From NCBI GenBank assembly GCA_043228905.1, contig JBHGNT010000006.1, positions 1,922,001 to 1,986,000 of the forward strand: 64,000 bases of DNA, in the 5' to 3' direction. This stretch comes from Azolla caroliniana (taxonomy: Eukaryota > Plantae > Polypodiophyta). Under the pieces are notes generated by a model, which did no database searches, was not told where the DNA came from, and saw only the letters and a list, made by a program, of their open reading frames with translations. The position numbers were made by a program, and so were the translations under genes. Below are positions 12,801-27,300 of this stretch, one piece after another (within the stretch, counting starts at the first letter, position 1; each line of letters opens with the position of its first letter).

Positions 12801-15800
12801 TTGTTCCAGATTCCTAGGTGGATCATTTTGCTGTTCAATGGAAGAAGATTGTCTGTCACTATGACTGCTTTTTAGAGTGTGCATTAACATTGAGTGTACG
12901 AGCATGTTTAGCTTCAGTTTCCCACCTAATTTGTTTTTTAGGTCACGAGAACCTTTAAAATCGAGATTCATTCAGGGATTGGCCTGATCCAAGATCCAAC
13001 AAAGCACATTCAGGGATTGACTGATGGTTCTCAGACATCCTTGGAACAGTTGGAGAATCTGTCACAAATTTTCATGTTTTGAGATCCTGCCATGACAGGG
13101 TATATCAACCTTGTCACTTATTGAAGAATTATGCTATCATTCGTTGTTTCTCAATGACCCATTGTAAAAGTTTGATCTATATGTTTTTGGGGGTCTTGGC
13201 AATTTTGATGACATTCATCACTGTGTCCAGTCGATGCGGCCATGTCTATGCCAAGTGTTCTATTCCTTGATATACTTGATGGATACTATATTCTTTGATG
13301 AGGGCATCATTTGTTACCTTGGTGGGTTCCATTTATGTTTATGGAATAGTCTCTGAAACTGTTATTTTTTCCTCCTATTCCAAATGTTGCCTTCTTTATT
13401 CCAAGAATGATTCAGCACTTTTTATTCCAAGCTTTGCCTTATTATTCCAAGTCTTAGGTGGAGTCCAAGTCTTAGCTGACTGCTATTTTAGTTCATCAGT
13501 ATATTTATGTGCTTTTCATTCTTATTCTGTGCCATCTCCTTGTCTCTGAGAAACATTTTCCGTTTTGACAGTTATTTTAGTTCATTGGTATGTTGATGTA
13601 TTTTACTTTCTCATTCCATATCATCTTCTTCTTGTCTATGAGAAAAAATTTCATGCCAGGATGTGATGTTAGACCATTTGGAAGTACAAGTAAGATTTCA
13701 TGGTTTAGGTGGTAGGAGGCTGTGAGGATGATATTACCTTGATGTGTCTGTGGGAGACATGTAAAAATCAAGCAAGATCTGTTAGTCTACGTGAATCATT
13801 GAATGCACAAGCTTTATGCAAGAGAACTTGTTTGCAAAATAGTGCAGTAGTCGATATACTTCATTCAAGTGATGCAGCTAAGAATAGTTAGCATTTTTTC
13901 TACCATCATGGGATTTTCTCTTATTTTCTAAGATGATCTCATACAGCTGTTTAACAATATGATTTACAATCTCTTTTTTGAAGGTTGATGCAAAAGGCTC
14001 AAATAAATCTATGCGTTTTGTTCAAGAGCTCATCTCCACCTGTCTATTCATGATATTCTTTAGTGTAATGTGGTACTTGCCATTCTCACTCTATTTCTTC
14101 TGTCTTGAATAATGACATTGATCGATTTCTTTAGAGTTTTAGTTCTAATGAATTGTTTATTAGACATTATGTCCACCAGTTCTAATTTTGCTATATATCT
14201 GGCAGGGTGATGTTTGCAGCATTATTAAGGAAGTACGTCAATAACATGGGTGGCATGGGTCCATCAACTAGTATTGGTTCTGCTGCTTCTTATGCCCCCA
14301 AAGAGTATAATAAAGATGCAATTCCTGAAAAGGTATGGTGTCCATGCGCCACCCATTTCTTGAAATACAGCATTCTGTGTATATGTTTGGCAATATTGTA
14401 TCCACGATTCTCTATATTGTATGCATCTAAATTTTTTGTTTGCACTGAATGTTGTCTGATAGTTCTTCAGGTCATGGAAAGTGTCAATATATCTCAGAAA
14501 TATACGGTCACACATTATTAAAATTCTTGAAACTGACTTTTAGTTCAATATGCATGTGCATTTTTCTAGAAGATTGGAAAGCTTCTTATGGATGCCATTA
14601 AATTTTAAGCATGATTTCAATTCAGATGTAATTTTGTTATCCTGTATGTTAGCTAAATGTATGTCACTGTAGTGCAGTATTAGCTTCTCCGTCAATTCTT
14701 TGTTTGAACTATGAATTTTTTATGTCAGATGAATCCTGATAATAGTATTTAGATAAGGATGGGATTCAATAATGAATGTATTCATCATGAGAATATATAG
14801 ATATATTACAAAAGTCAAGGATATGCCAAATCATAGATTACCACATCTTGCTTGGAATGTTGGATGTAAACTGCAAAAGAATCACATAAGCAAAATCCTG
14901 TCATTGGGATGGGTAATTAACATTGAAAAATGATTCAAAAGATGGGGTGTAGAAGATCTCGTAGAGCTTTCAAGTGATGCTACGAAATGTCTACTTATTG
15001 AGGAAAGGTCAATGGAACCACTAAGGAAGAAGTGGGAAGATGCTCAAAGAAAGAAAGAAAGAAATATTAATGTCTTTTAAGAGGCCAAAATGGCCTATAA
15101 GACCAAACAAGAGATTACATCTCAAGTGTTGTCTTGTCTTTGAGAACAAAAAATCAAAATAAAATAAATATTACTAAGTAAATAAGATAAAAGGGTTTTC
15201 GACACATGTAAGCTTCTCAAGTTAGATATATTATAACTTTGTCTTTGAAAGATCTAGAATGGAGACGTTTTCGAAGCGAGGGAAGCACATGCAATGGCGG
15301 GAGATAATGGTGTTTATTTGTGGATAGCAAGGGTGGTAAGGTCGTTCTCCATGGGGCCGGGGCCCACATGCACAAAAATTGCTATTGCCCGATCTATTGT
15401 AACCCCTTTGTTATCTCTTGCACGGGAGCCCATTTGTGTAGCCCTTGATTGACTTGTAGCATTAGTAGGAGTGATGGCGGGAGATAATGGTCTTTATTTG
15501 TGGATAGCAAGGGTGGTAAGGTCGTTCTCCATGGGGCCGGGGCCCACATGCACAAAAATTGCTATTGCCCGATCTATTGTAACCCCTTTGTTATCTCTTG
15601 CACGGGAGCCCATTTGTGTAGCCCTTGATTGACTTGTAGCATTAGTAGGAGCGATGGCGGGAGATAATGGTCTTTATTTGTGGATAGCAAGGGTGGTAAG
15701 GTCGTTCTCCATGGGGCCGGGGCCCACATGCACAAAAATTGCTATTGCCCGATCTATTGTAACCCCTTTGTTATGTCTTGCGTGGGAGCCCATTTGTGTA

Positions 15801-18800
15801 GCCCTTGATTGACTTGTAGCATTAGTAGGAGTGATGGGGCTAAAGAAAGTTTTGATTGTTCTTTGTGGATGAGCTTATGTGGTGGTACCATTGTCCTTCA
15901 ACAACTTTTCCGTATGTCTCTTGAGTTCTAGCAAGTAAAGTCCTAGGCATCGTTGGTCCTCATATTCTATTACTTTGTGTAGTGTGCCAAAACCTTGTTT
16001 AAAGAGGCAATGATATCTCCCTCTTATTTCATAAAAGACACCACAGTGACAAACATAGTGTTCTTCGGATTCTACTCCTTGATGACACAATTGGCAAATT
16101 CTTTCTTCTAAAGGTACTCATGTATATTTGCCTACCACAATCTCTAACTGATGTGATGAAGTTCGCAGCTGCCCTATCACACTGCGCAACGCATTGGATT
16201 GTATTCAACCCTGAGTCTTGGGTTCAATAAAAGACAATAAAGCCTTTTAATCGTAGTCAACCTTATGTCATTACCAACATGAGTATTAACTTTCATAGAG
16301 CCCCACCACTCCTTCATACTTGATCACACAAACTAGGTATTGAACTTGCATTATGACATTAAAATTTGTCAATTATAAAGGCATGTAAGGAATGCAAAGA
16401 AGGGCTAGTAGAGATAGAGTATGACTTGCTTTCTACATGCTCTGCATATAGTGCAATTCGTGAAAGCTAAGATGACATATTAAGAGGGGATGATGACTTG
16501 AGTATCACACTAAATAGAACATCTAGATGCTTGAGCTCATATGTTTGTGGCTTATTCATGCATCAAGGCATTGTGCTTCGAAGTACCCCTCTATGGATGC
16601 TAAAAAATATCGAGAATGATGGGGGCTTTGAGCTTCTGGTGAGGGTGAGTCAAGTGGGTTGTTGAGATGTCGACAACTATTGATGGCAATGGCTCCTTGT
16701 TGATGTAGTGGTCTTTGGCCACTTCGTGCTCCCTTCAACGACCACAATGAGCTCGATGGTGATGAAGACCACAATATTGTCGAGAAGAAAATAAGAATAA
16801 GAGTGAGAAAACCTTAAGCTCTCTAAGTGAGAGGGAGAAGGAGAATGGCACATCAAAATGCGGAAACGAAGAATGCCTAAAAAATGAAGAACGGAAAAAC
16901 CTAAATGAGCCCTCTGCCCCTCCTTTTATAGAGAGAGGCAGCCCGCCAACCACATTTAATGCTCAGCCTCCTCTTTTCCATAAAGTGTGTAAAAGGGTAG
17001 CCCACTTTCCACATTGGTTAGGACTTGAATGCTGTACCCTTTTCACCACAGTCTGTGGCCTTAACCACTAGGCTGCTTACCTTTTGTTATTATATTTATA
17101 TTTCTAACATATTCACACTTTGTAGCTTTCCTCCTTTTTTCCCTTTTTCCCAATTTCCACCTTTAAACAGGCCATGCATTTTTTTTAACCACATCTCATA
17201 TTTATTGGATACTTCTGTCTGTAAAACAGAACACAACGACATTCAATGATGTAAAAGGGTGTGATGAGGCCAAAGAAGAGCTGGAAGAGATTGTAGAGTA
17301 TCTGAAAGACCCTGGAAAGTTCACTCGTCTGGGTGGCAAGCTACCCAAGGTATGTGAGGACTTGAAAGTTAAGTAGAATGAAGATTAGCTAGAAAAGCAA
17401 CATGCATTTTCTTGATACAAGAAGTATCAAGCACATTTGAGAATCAACTTTTAAATTCATTGCTTGTATTTCACACTCCTGATCTGTTTCATGATTTTCC
17501 TGGAATACCAGGGTGTTCTTTTAACAGGCCCCCCAGGGACAGGAAAAACTCTTCTTGCCAAGGTTAGATGTTTCTGAAACCCTTTCTGTATTTGCGCTTG
17601 TATATTATTCCCATGATTAAAATGCAATTTTTCCTTTCCTTTTGTGGGTACATGATGCAGGCGGTAGCGGGCGAAGCAGGGGTTCCTTTCTTCTATCGGG
17701 CGGGTTCCGAATTTGAGGAGATGTAAATGTTTCTTTATTGTATACTCTAGAGCTTAGATTCTTATTTGAATTTATATGCTATGCATCTGCATTAAGCAAA
17801 ATTCATATGATCAGTTTAATCCTAAGATAGAAGCCTAGGAGTTGAAGCTGTTTAAGATTTGTGGGGACTTTAAAGTTAGATTCTTTACTACTTTGGGCAA
17901 CGTATAGGAACATGATTTTATCAACGGGTCCTATCTGATCTTGGATGGGTGCATATGACGTAATATGCTTATTCTATTTTTCCATCATCAATCCTAGAGG
18001 TATTCTCATTCAAAGCACATTCTACAGGTTTGTTGGTGTTGGTGCGCGTCGTGTCCGTGCACTATTTCAGTCTGCGAAGAAAAAGGTGATATTGTGTTGG
18101 ATGGTAGTTTCTAGGTTATACTTATTTGATGATTTTTCGTCAATTACAGTGATTGTTCCTATACAGGCACCCTGTATAATATTTATTGACGAGATAGATG
18201 CTATTGGATCAACTCGGAAACAATGGGAAGGTCATACAAAGAAAACACTTCATCAGCTTCTTGTAGAGATGGATGGATTTGAGTCCAATGAGGTCTGGAT
18301 TTTGTTGTGTTTCTTGTAAGCCCTTTTTCCTGGGATAATGAGTTTATTGAAGTGTGGTTTCTTCTGCAGGGCATAATCGTTATTGCAGCTACAAACTTGG
18401 CAGAAATACTCGATCCTGCCTTGACTAGGCCTGGAAGATTTGATCGCCATGTATGTTTTTTAAGATGCGATCTGTTCTCAGATATTATCTTCCACATTAT
18501 TAATAAGTCTTTGAATAGTATCTAATACCATTAAGTGGCTACTGCTCCTGCAGATTGTTGTATCAAACCCAGACGTACGAGGCCGGCAAGAGATTTTGGA
18601 TCTTTATTTGCTGAACAAACCTGTGGGAAAAGATGTTGATGTGAATCTCTTAGCCAGAGGAACCCCTGGTTTTACTGGAGCTGGTAGGAATATGTGCTGA
18701 ACTTCTCTGATTTACGACAAATATATAAAGAAGTCGTAGTATAGGGAAAGATTTTATAGTACATTCTTTGTTGGTTTCATCTTTTTCAGATTTGGCCAAT

Positions 18801-20733
18801 CTTGTGAATATGGCTGCTTTAAAAGCTGCTGTTGAGGGAACGGAAACAATCACAAATGCTCATTTGGAGTTTGCTAAGGATAAAATTGTCATGGGAACAG
18901 AGCGCAAGTCTTTTGTTCTGTCAGAAGAGGCTAGAAAAGTAAGTTGAGACTTTGCTCCATTTCCTTGATGTTTCTCCTGCTTTTGAATTGTTTCTTCCTC
19001 TTTGGAGAGGTAGTTTCTTGTTTGCATCATTGTACTACAAATTCACATCTATTTTATTTGCTAAAACTGAACTCCCTCCCTCCCTCTCTCTCTCTCCCCC
19101 CAAAACCATCTATATGATATGTTTATTCATTATTCATCTCCAATACATCCTCAAATAGGAGGCAATGCCTCACATTGTGGTATGTGCATAATGTCTTCTT
19201 GTTTCTCAAATCGATTCAGACTCCCATGAAATCTATTTAAAATCCATTGACTGCCGTTGCTGTTTCGTTATTCAGTTGACTGCATACCATGAAAGCGGCC
19301 ATGCTGTTGTAGCGTTCAATACAGTGGGTGCCTATCCTATTCATAAAGCTACCATTGTTCCCAGAGGAAATGCACTCGGCATGGTGGCACAGCTCCCTGA
19401 AAAGGACGAGACATCAATAAGCAGAATGCAGCTTCTTGCTCGTCTAGATGTTGCAATGGGTGGCCGTGTTGCTGAAGAACTGATATTTGGAACTGATCAA
19501 GTCACAACAGGAGCTCGTACCGATCTTCAACATGCAACCGCTCTTGCACGGCATATGGTAAGATCTTTGTTACTGCATTCTATGTAAATATATCCTATAT
19601 AGCAGGCTTTTATTACAGAAGATGCTTTTATATCATTCTATGTAAAAGCATGTTTTTTAGATGCTTTTATATCATCCTATTTAAAGTTATGTTTGCATAA
19701 AAGCATCTTTACAGTATGCTGTTACCTCATGGTATGTCTAACCATCCTATACAAGAATGCTGTTACGTAGGATCGTAAGAGCATCTTCTACAAGATGCTT
19801 TTACTTCATCCTATATAAAAACATCATATACGATATGCTTTTACCTCATACTCTACATAAAAACATCATATAAAATATGCTTTTATCACCTCCTATCTAG
19901 AAAAACGTAAAAGAAGCCTATACAATATTCTTTCACCTCATCCTATGAAAACCTTCCTATGCAAGATGCTTTTAACTCATCCCATGTATAAGTATCATGT
20001 ACAAGACTTTGTTTTTACCTAATCATACATAATGTGAAAACATCTGATAATGAGTTGAACCACATGCTATGGTATCATGCAGGTGTCGGAATGTGGAATG
20101 AGTAATGTTGTTGGACCTATATTTATTTCAGTTGATGATCAGAACAGAAGTAACGACATACAGAAAAACATTGATGCAGAGGTGATGATATATTATCATC
20201 TTGCAAATGTATTCTCCAGATATTATATTATATTTTTTCTTACATTCTTAGGAGGTTGTTTTGTAAAGCAGGTCGTAAGGTTGTTGAAAGAAGCATATGA
20301 ACGTGTGCAATGCCTTCTTAAAAAGGTGCCCATTTTTAACTAAATTTGGTCTCTTCCACTTAAAATCCTCGTAAGATACGGTTTAAGAGAAGCCCATTTA
20401 CAAGTAATATGAGTCCTTTATCTCCACAATATTGTCAGTAAGGTTGTTAAAAAGGTTGATTAATTAAGAGTGCTGATTATAAAGTTTTGTTTTCTAAGAA
20501 AGAGTTTAGGGTTTCTGATTGATTGATGATAACTTATGCTGTCCAGTGAATCAGTGATGCAATATAACATTAACATTCATTTGGATGTTGTACAGCATGA
20601 AGGTGCATTGCATGCTCTGGCGAGTGCACTTTTGGAGCATGAGACCCTATCATCAAAGCAGATAACTCAGGTCTTGTCTCCTTTCCAACAGACAGACATC
20701 ATCGAGACGACTGAAGCCGAAGTCCCTAGCTAG
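9821..20733 (+). CDS. FTSH11: ATP-dependent zinc metalloprotease FTSH11-like (i-AAA/YME1 clade), 17 exons
   Basis: Exons 9821-11103, 12064-12217, 12302-12394, 13984-14072, 14206-14332, 17230-17349, 17512-17562, 17661-17722, 18028-18085, 18167-18292, 18370-18450, 18554-18683, 18790-18938, 19276-19557, 20083-20181, 20272-20325, 20596-20733. Walker A GPPGTGKT, Walker [29 protein letters not shown] zinc motif. The N-domain (FEQREH...GVVEYLRAL...EYLPD...[10 protein letters not shown]) is characteristic of FTSH11. Confidence 0.93.
14795..15055 (+). mobile_element. Non-LTR retrotransposon (LINE) ORF2 fragment in FTSH11 intron 5
   Basis: Translates [18 protein letters not shown]...[13 protein letters not shown]...KKWE, resembling the post-RT region of RTE/RTEX-like LINEs. 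One stop codon. Confidence 0.55.
15062..16199 (-). mobile_element. 5'-truncated LINE 3' end (C-terminal CCHC region, 3' UTR and simple-repeat tail)
   Basis: The minus strand encodes [15 protein letters not shown]...[22 protein letters not shown]. The 3' terminus abuts (GAAA)n at ~15047-15063, and the terminal ~130 bp recur at 38640-38790. Confidence 0.75.
15294..15837. repeat. 180-bp tandem repeat x3 inside the LINE 3' UTR
   Basis: The unit ATGGCGGGAGATAATGG...GCATTAGTAGGAG(T/C)G starts at 15294, 15474 and 15654; copies are nearly identical. Confidence 0.95.
16200..17013 (-). mobile_element. Probable solo LTR truncating the LINE
   Basis: TGT...ACA termini, minus-strand CTCTCTATAAAAGGAGGGG TATA context at ~16917-16938, and flanks TTGGAT / TTGGTT (imperfect TSD). 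Confidence 0.45.
19570..20030. repeat. Degenerate ~40-bp minisatellite in FTSH11 intron 14
   Basis: About 10 diverged repeats with core (A/G)ATGCT(T/G)TTA(T/C)(A/C)TCATCCTAT...AAGCATC. Confidence 0.75.
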
Positions 20734-22305
20734 CTTTCATGTATAGGTACACCTATTATCAGGTTCACTTGTGTCTTTAACCCTTTCCAAGGGTATTTGT
20801 AAGATGTGGAAGATATTTGAGGTCCAGTCATTTTTATATGTATATTGTCTTGATTGATCGTAAATTCTATCAATCAATCTTGAAAATCACGTGATCAAAT
20901 GTTTTGAAAGATATGAGATGCCATTAATTGTCCTTTGTAGTTCCTGAGTTTTTTTCCCATTAGAGAGTTCAGCCTGCTTTGCCTTATGGCATCTAATCAA
21001 TGCTATTTTGGAGATGTTCTAATTATGGTAGGATGCTTACCTGGGAATGGTAGGAGACACTAGAATTCCCTAATATCAACTAGAAACCTAGATATTATCA
21101 TAATGATATTTTTTGTGGGACTAATGCAATCCAAGACTTTTGGCAAGACTAAGGTGTTCTCATACAAGACAACTGGGCCGGAGCCTCTATTCTTTCTCGA
21201 AGACACAAATCTTAATTCTTCCAGTTCATAGTCACCAGCAATTCCTCACTGATGATGTATAAGGTGATGTGTGAAACAGTTTTTATGTCAGTCTGATTGT
21301 AGGTCAACTCCAACCTCCTTCACATTGAATTGGGTGATATTGTCTGTTGCCTTAAATTAGGGTGAACTTTTATGTTCAAATCAGCAATTTCTGAGTAGGT
21401 ATATTCATGATTGATTCTTTACCATGACTAGTGTTAATCAAAAGTTTCACCTTTTAAAAATGCATTTATACTCTTCAACTCTTTTACAGATGACTCTATT
21501 TCAAAAATATACTTGTTATTTCATGGTGACTATTTATGATACTGTGGTCATGCGAAGGCCAATTCATCCTAGTAGATACCTAGAAAATGACCCCCGTTGT
21601 TTAGGCTCATCAAACTCCCTACATATGTGAAAAACACAAAGTGTCAAGATTATGTGCTGTATAATTTCCTGTAAATATGATTACTCTCAATGGCAGCAAC
21701 AATCAAAGTTATAGTCTGCTGTGTAGATTCAGCATTTAGGTGTTCCACAGGATATGTTTGCAAGTTATATGGTATTAGTTCTATTGGCTGATTATCTATC
21801 TATACCTTATTGCTATTTCCTCATGGATATTATTTTCCTTTCTCTTCTCTCTTAGTTGCTTCTAAATGTTAAAATATAATGCAATCCTTATTCTTATGTT
21901 ATATGGTATTTGTTCATGAGCTATGTGGTATCTGTTTGAAAATTAATACAATGGTTGTTTATATGTTTTGTATGGGTTTTATGATAGCCAATATTTTTAT
22001 ATAATTGTCATTTCTTGTTCACAAGTTATACAATATTTGTTCATAGGACATATAAAGGTTCACCAATATTTCTATATAATTTCTATTTCTTATTCTCATG
22101 ATAACTTCACGTTTCTCTTCCCCTACTTAGTTTGTGAAAGTTTATTCTTTGTGTATTGTCTTTGTCATTAGATACATTTGCAACAAAGAGATACAACATC
22201 ACGTAGTGATTTGCATTGTTGGCATAGCTTTAAGACATTTATTGCTTACTAAACACCTCCTTTACGTTACTACATCTAGTACTACTATTTTTATTGTTTC
22301 CTATC

Positions 22306-22619
22306 TTTTCATCAAATATATATATATATGTACTTAACTGTTCATGTCACCTCGTGTGCTCTTCCTAAATCACCTCTCTCCACATTGCAAACAATTGGCT
22401 CATGTGGGTTCGGTTTGGAATGAATTTATTCACCAAAATCAGTTTGATACCTTAACACATTTGATACCTTTTCATCAAATATATATATATATATATATTA
22501 ACTGTTCATGTCACCTCGTGTGCTCTTCCTAAATCACCTCTCGCCACATTGCAAACAATTGGTTCATGTGGGTTCGGTTTGGAATGAATTTATTCACCAA
22601 AATCAGTTTGATACCTTAA
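22306..22619. repeat. ~163-bp tandem duplication (2 copies)
   Basis: CTTTTCATCAAATATATAT...TTAACTGTTCATGTCACCTCGTGTGCTC...TTTGATACCTTAA occurs twice. Confidence 0.9.
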
Positions 22620-24378
22620 GACATTTCTTGCCAAATGTCTCCACATTGTCTTAAGGATTCATTAAAATATTTGTTTACATCAATGGGGTAAAAGCAACTT
22701 CCAAGTTATATATATATATATCCTTGACAAGGCAAATAACTCAGGAACTCTTGTGATTATTTGTATCTAGATAATGAATAGTATACGGTCTTTTGAGTGA
22801 AAAAGAAGGCATCAATCAAGGTATAAATAGTATATATGTATCTAAAACATAAAGAGGAGCAATCTAAAAGGAATCATATTCCTTGTAGATAGCTTGAGGG
22901 TGAGTTGACAGGTCTAACAACATTCAATGTCCACACAAACCACACAACCCGATAAAATTAGACCCAAAATTTCTCATGGTGGCTACTAGGTTGCTTGTTT
23001 TCTTATGGATTTAAAAGTTACAACCAATGTGTGAAAATTTTCTTTCCTTTTTTACTACTTTAAAGTGTGATGCTAAAGTTATGAAGTGTAACAAGTCTTC
23101 AGAAGGTGAACTTGACCTAGTCAAACAAAATCTCCCCCTTCAAGTGAAGTCTTCCATGAACAATGCGCCTTATGCATGGTTTGAGTCTTTAGTACAAACA
23201 AATTCAAGTATGCCCGAATTTACATTCATGTTCAAGCTTCAATCAACAACTTAGAATAAGCTCATGATGTTCTTTAATTACACGAAATTGTGTATGATCC
23301 TAACATTCAACCACATGTTTAGAAAGTTCTTTGAGTTCTTATCAGCACAAAATTGTCCATGAGCCATTGTGAACTATAAGACTATGTGTGTAGGCTTCCA
23401 CACAATATTAAGATTTCTCACTAATAATGTAATTTACTAAAAGAGGGGTACGTGATGTAGTGCATGTAGCCATTCCCCATGACTACCATGATTTCGATTT
23501 GCACAAGATATAATTCCTCTTTTCAACATCATAATAAACAAACATTAATGTAATGATTGAGCAATCTTCAATCTCAGGAAAATTGACACTTAATCATACT
23601 CTGATGTTACCCTTTTGTTACCCCACCACCACCACCACCATAGTCTTAGATGCTAGTGGGTGGACTACACATGCATTTTCTTATCCCTAGATGATTTACT
23701 GTAAAATCTTTGGCAAATTTCTTGATGCATCTCGTGATGAATTTTTGGCATGGATCAAACATGTCATTGATCTTGAATTAGTTTTTGCTTCACCGCGCAA
23801 TTTTTAATGGCAAGGTAGTACATCTTTCGATACAATGATCACGGAAAGTTGCAAATGTGCACTTGCCTCGAGCGCAACCCTCGTACACTCACTCTAGCAT
23901 ATTTTGGGAACTAACGAAGAATGTTTTGACGATGAACATTGGCATGGTAAGAATAAATAATGCACCTTGTTGCCCCTCACCACCAACCCAATCTTCTTAC
24001 CAAAACACACATAATTAAACTTACAACTTATTAGTAATTTTCAGTTCATATCTTATGACAAAGACTCGCATCTTATTTTCATTTCGAATGCATGTTTTGG
24101 ACAAATACCATATGACAAGTTTCAAACGGGGTTAAGTGTAAATTGTGAAAGGAGGCTCCTTGGATAGAATAGCTTTTCGGAACCTTCAAACTAGGGGATG
24201 GGCCAAAAACAATAGATTGATTTGAATGTGTTATGTAAGTAGGGACAATGCACAAGGAATACATAGAAGAATAATGTAAAAAATTGTCCCTATCAAAAAG
24301 ACTTACTCCAACACAACTATAAAACCTTTGGTGGGCGATTTAGTTCCCAACCTTTCCTCCATAGAATTCTTAATTAGG

Positions 24379-27300
24379 ATGACTAGTCCTGGATTAATGA
24401 AGATAATTACTCTAATCACAATGCTCGCCCCGCTGATCACTGTCACTCGGGCTATGGAGCTCCATTTCTATGATAAAACGTGCCCCTCTGCAGAATCAAC
24501 TATCCATTCCATCGTCCAAAATCACTATAATCTAGACAAATCCATTGCACCCAATTTGATTCGATTACTTCTACATGATTGTTTCGTTGGGGTGAGTCTT
24601 AATCTTGATTAAAACCCCCCTAAGTACATTCAATTAAGCACACTTTAGCTCTACTCCGAGCTCCTCTCCAATTAGCCTAAAACTAGTTCTTAATTATTAT
24701 TCTTTAGTTCAGTTCTAGACTATTTGTTTCTAGACTTAATTAGTATGGTCTTACTCTTATGCAGTATTTTTTACACTTAATTACAAATTGTTGAACATAC
24801 ATTTCATTAGCCTTTCTCTTTCCCTAATTAACATTTGTTTTTTTTTTTTACATACTTAGCATTTGTTTTAGTCACTAAGATTAAATATACACTTGAAACT
24901 TAGCCAAGGTTTGGTAGTTTCATTAAATTCCTTTAAAAATATTGTGGAAAACCCTCTTGCAGGGTTGTGATGCATCCATCCTATTGAGATCAACACCGAC
25001 AAATGTAGCAGAGCGGGATGCTGAGCCCAACCTCTCCCTCACAAAGAGTTTTGACCTCATTGATGAACTCAAAGAAGCTATGGAGAGTATGTGCCCTCGC
25101 ACCGTCTCTTGCGCCGACCTCATCGCCATCGCATCTCGGGATGCAGTCACTTTGGTAATAAAACAAATGCAAAATCCATGATTTCGTATGAATCAATCCT
25201 TTTTTTTTCTTGTTTTCAAATTACTTGGTTAAACCTAGTCCCGCTTTCTACTCCATTTTTCTTATAAGAATCGAGCATCATAAGGTTGGATTGTTCTTTT
25301 ATGGCTCTATTTGTAGTGCATTGCAAATCTAGAATTGAGTCACTGTTCCAAGTGTTGTAAGCTAAAATAGCGCCATGCTATGTAACCTAGTGTTGTAAGC
25401 TAAATAGGGGTCATGGTATGTAACCAAGTGTTGTAAGCTAAATAGGGGTCATGGCATGTAACCTAGTGTTGTAAGCTAAATAGGGGTCATGGTATGTAAC
25501 CTAGTGTTGTAAGCTAAATATGTAACATTCAATTTCTCATGTTCTCATAATGTATACTAGGTTGGGGGCCAACACTTTGAGCTCCTCCTAGGCCGACATG
25601 ATGGCACAATGTCCAAAGCTTCTGACGCCATGACCATGCTCCCCGATTTGCATGTCGATGATCACAATTCGTTGGACATAGCCCTCCAAGCTTTTCATGC
25701 CAAGGGGTTCACCACCCAAGAGTTTCTGGCCTTGATGGGTAAGTTTTATGAGACTCTAGTTTTCTCATTGGTTTTGTTTCTAAATGTCTTCCAAATGCAC
25801 CTTGGTTTATTTCTTGCATTGTTGATTTTTTGGAGGCTCTCCATACTAATAAGCAGGTTTTATGCGCACGTAACAAACAAGTATCTAGCTATTAACGAAC
25901 AATTATTTCTATGTAGCTAACAATAAGTTCTATGGTAATAAAACAATTATGCACATTAGTGTTATGTTTTTGCCCAAATGGTCAAGAGTGGACATGTGTG
26001 AAGTTGTGGTTCAATAAGATGGCTACACTTGGAATAAACAAAGCAAAAAGCAAATCTAATGTTATGAGTGGAGATAAGGGTGAAGACTTTGGCATGATCA
26101 AAGAAATGCTTTACCCATCCCAATGTTCAAAAAGCATTCCCAAAAACATAGAGTTCTCGTCTTTTGTCTTTTGCTTTGAGGCTTGGAGTATGTTGTTCCT
26201 ATAAAGGCTACATAAGCCTTGGGCCCTAACCTAACATCTAGTTAATGTCAACTTTATAGTTCTTTCTACATAAGCCTAGGCCCTAACCTAACATCTAGTT
26301 AATGTCAACTTTATAGTTCTTTTGTGTTAGGGATACATATCCTCGCTGATATTCCTATTTTACTTTTAGAACTTGCAAAAGCCTTTATGCCACACCACAA
26401 AAGCCTCGATACATACAAGTGAATCGAAAATCTACTTACACGTCAAACTTTCAAGTACACTCCCAAGTCCTCTTTTACCAATTTATAAATCATGAAGCTA
26501 GATATATGTGGGCTTTAAGTAACACCTCACACTACTGATGAACAAACGACCAGAGTAACTTGACCATTTGAGATTCAAATTTATATATAGGACTAAAATT
26601 TATATTGTTGCTCATCGAGCATGATACAAAGATATACATCATAGTACGTGAAATTCGTGTTCGTCTAGCATAACATTCGTTTTCCAACGTTGGAAAACGA
26701 ATGCGAATGTTATTCAAACATTCTTGTGTTTTATTTTTGTTTTTCCCCATTTTTTTAATGTTTTTATTTTCATTTTTAGGCTTATTTACCTCATAATAAA
26801 TAGTTAATCCAAAAGTATGGTATTTATCATTCGTTGAGGGTGTTTTTCTTACACGAATGCGAATGCACGTATGATTCATACTATGATATACATCATGGTG
26901 GGTTTCTCCCAAAGTCTTAAATGCAGCTAATTGTACTCAGTGCTCACCATTTTAGTTTGACACTCCCAAATGTTAGGCGTCAACCATACATGTGTGACGA
27001 ATCAAATATGACAATTGATATTGGAGAAGATAAAATTTAAAGCTTAGGCGTCAAGGATAGTTTAACATTGTCGGGCAAGAGGGCCATATGTGAGGCATAC
27101 GACAACACCTACACTATCTCTTAACAAATACAGGTGTCAACTAGACCCATGAGACGACAATAAGATATCAATATGTTCACAACCTGCGAACATGTTCTTT
27201 GGCTAATAATACATTTGCTCACTTGACCTTGGGCAAAATTTTTCCATGCTTTCTTGCCCCTAACACTTGTTGTATTTATCGTAAAACACACGAGAGGCAA

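Noticed and set aside
21249-21297. TGATGA...CTGA pair
   Set aside because: Too short for a C/D snoRNA, with no terminal stem or recognisable guide.
25351-25526. Regularly repeated ~38-bp units resembling a CRISPR array
   Set aside because: Head-to-tail units without unique spacers, in a eukaryotic intron, with no cas genes. It is a minisatellite.
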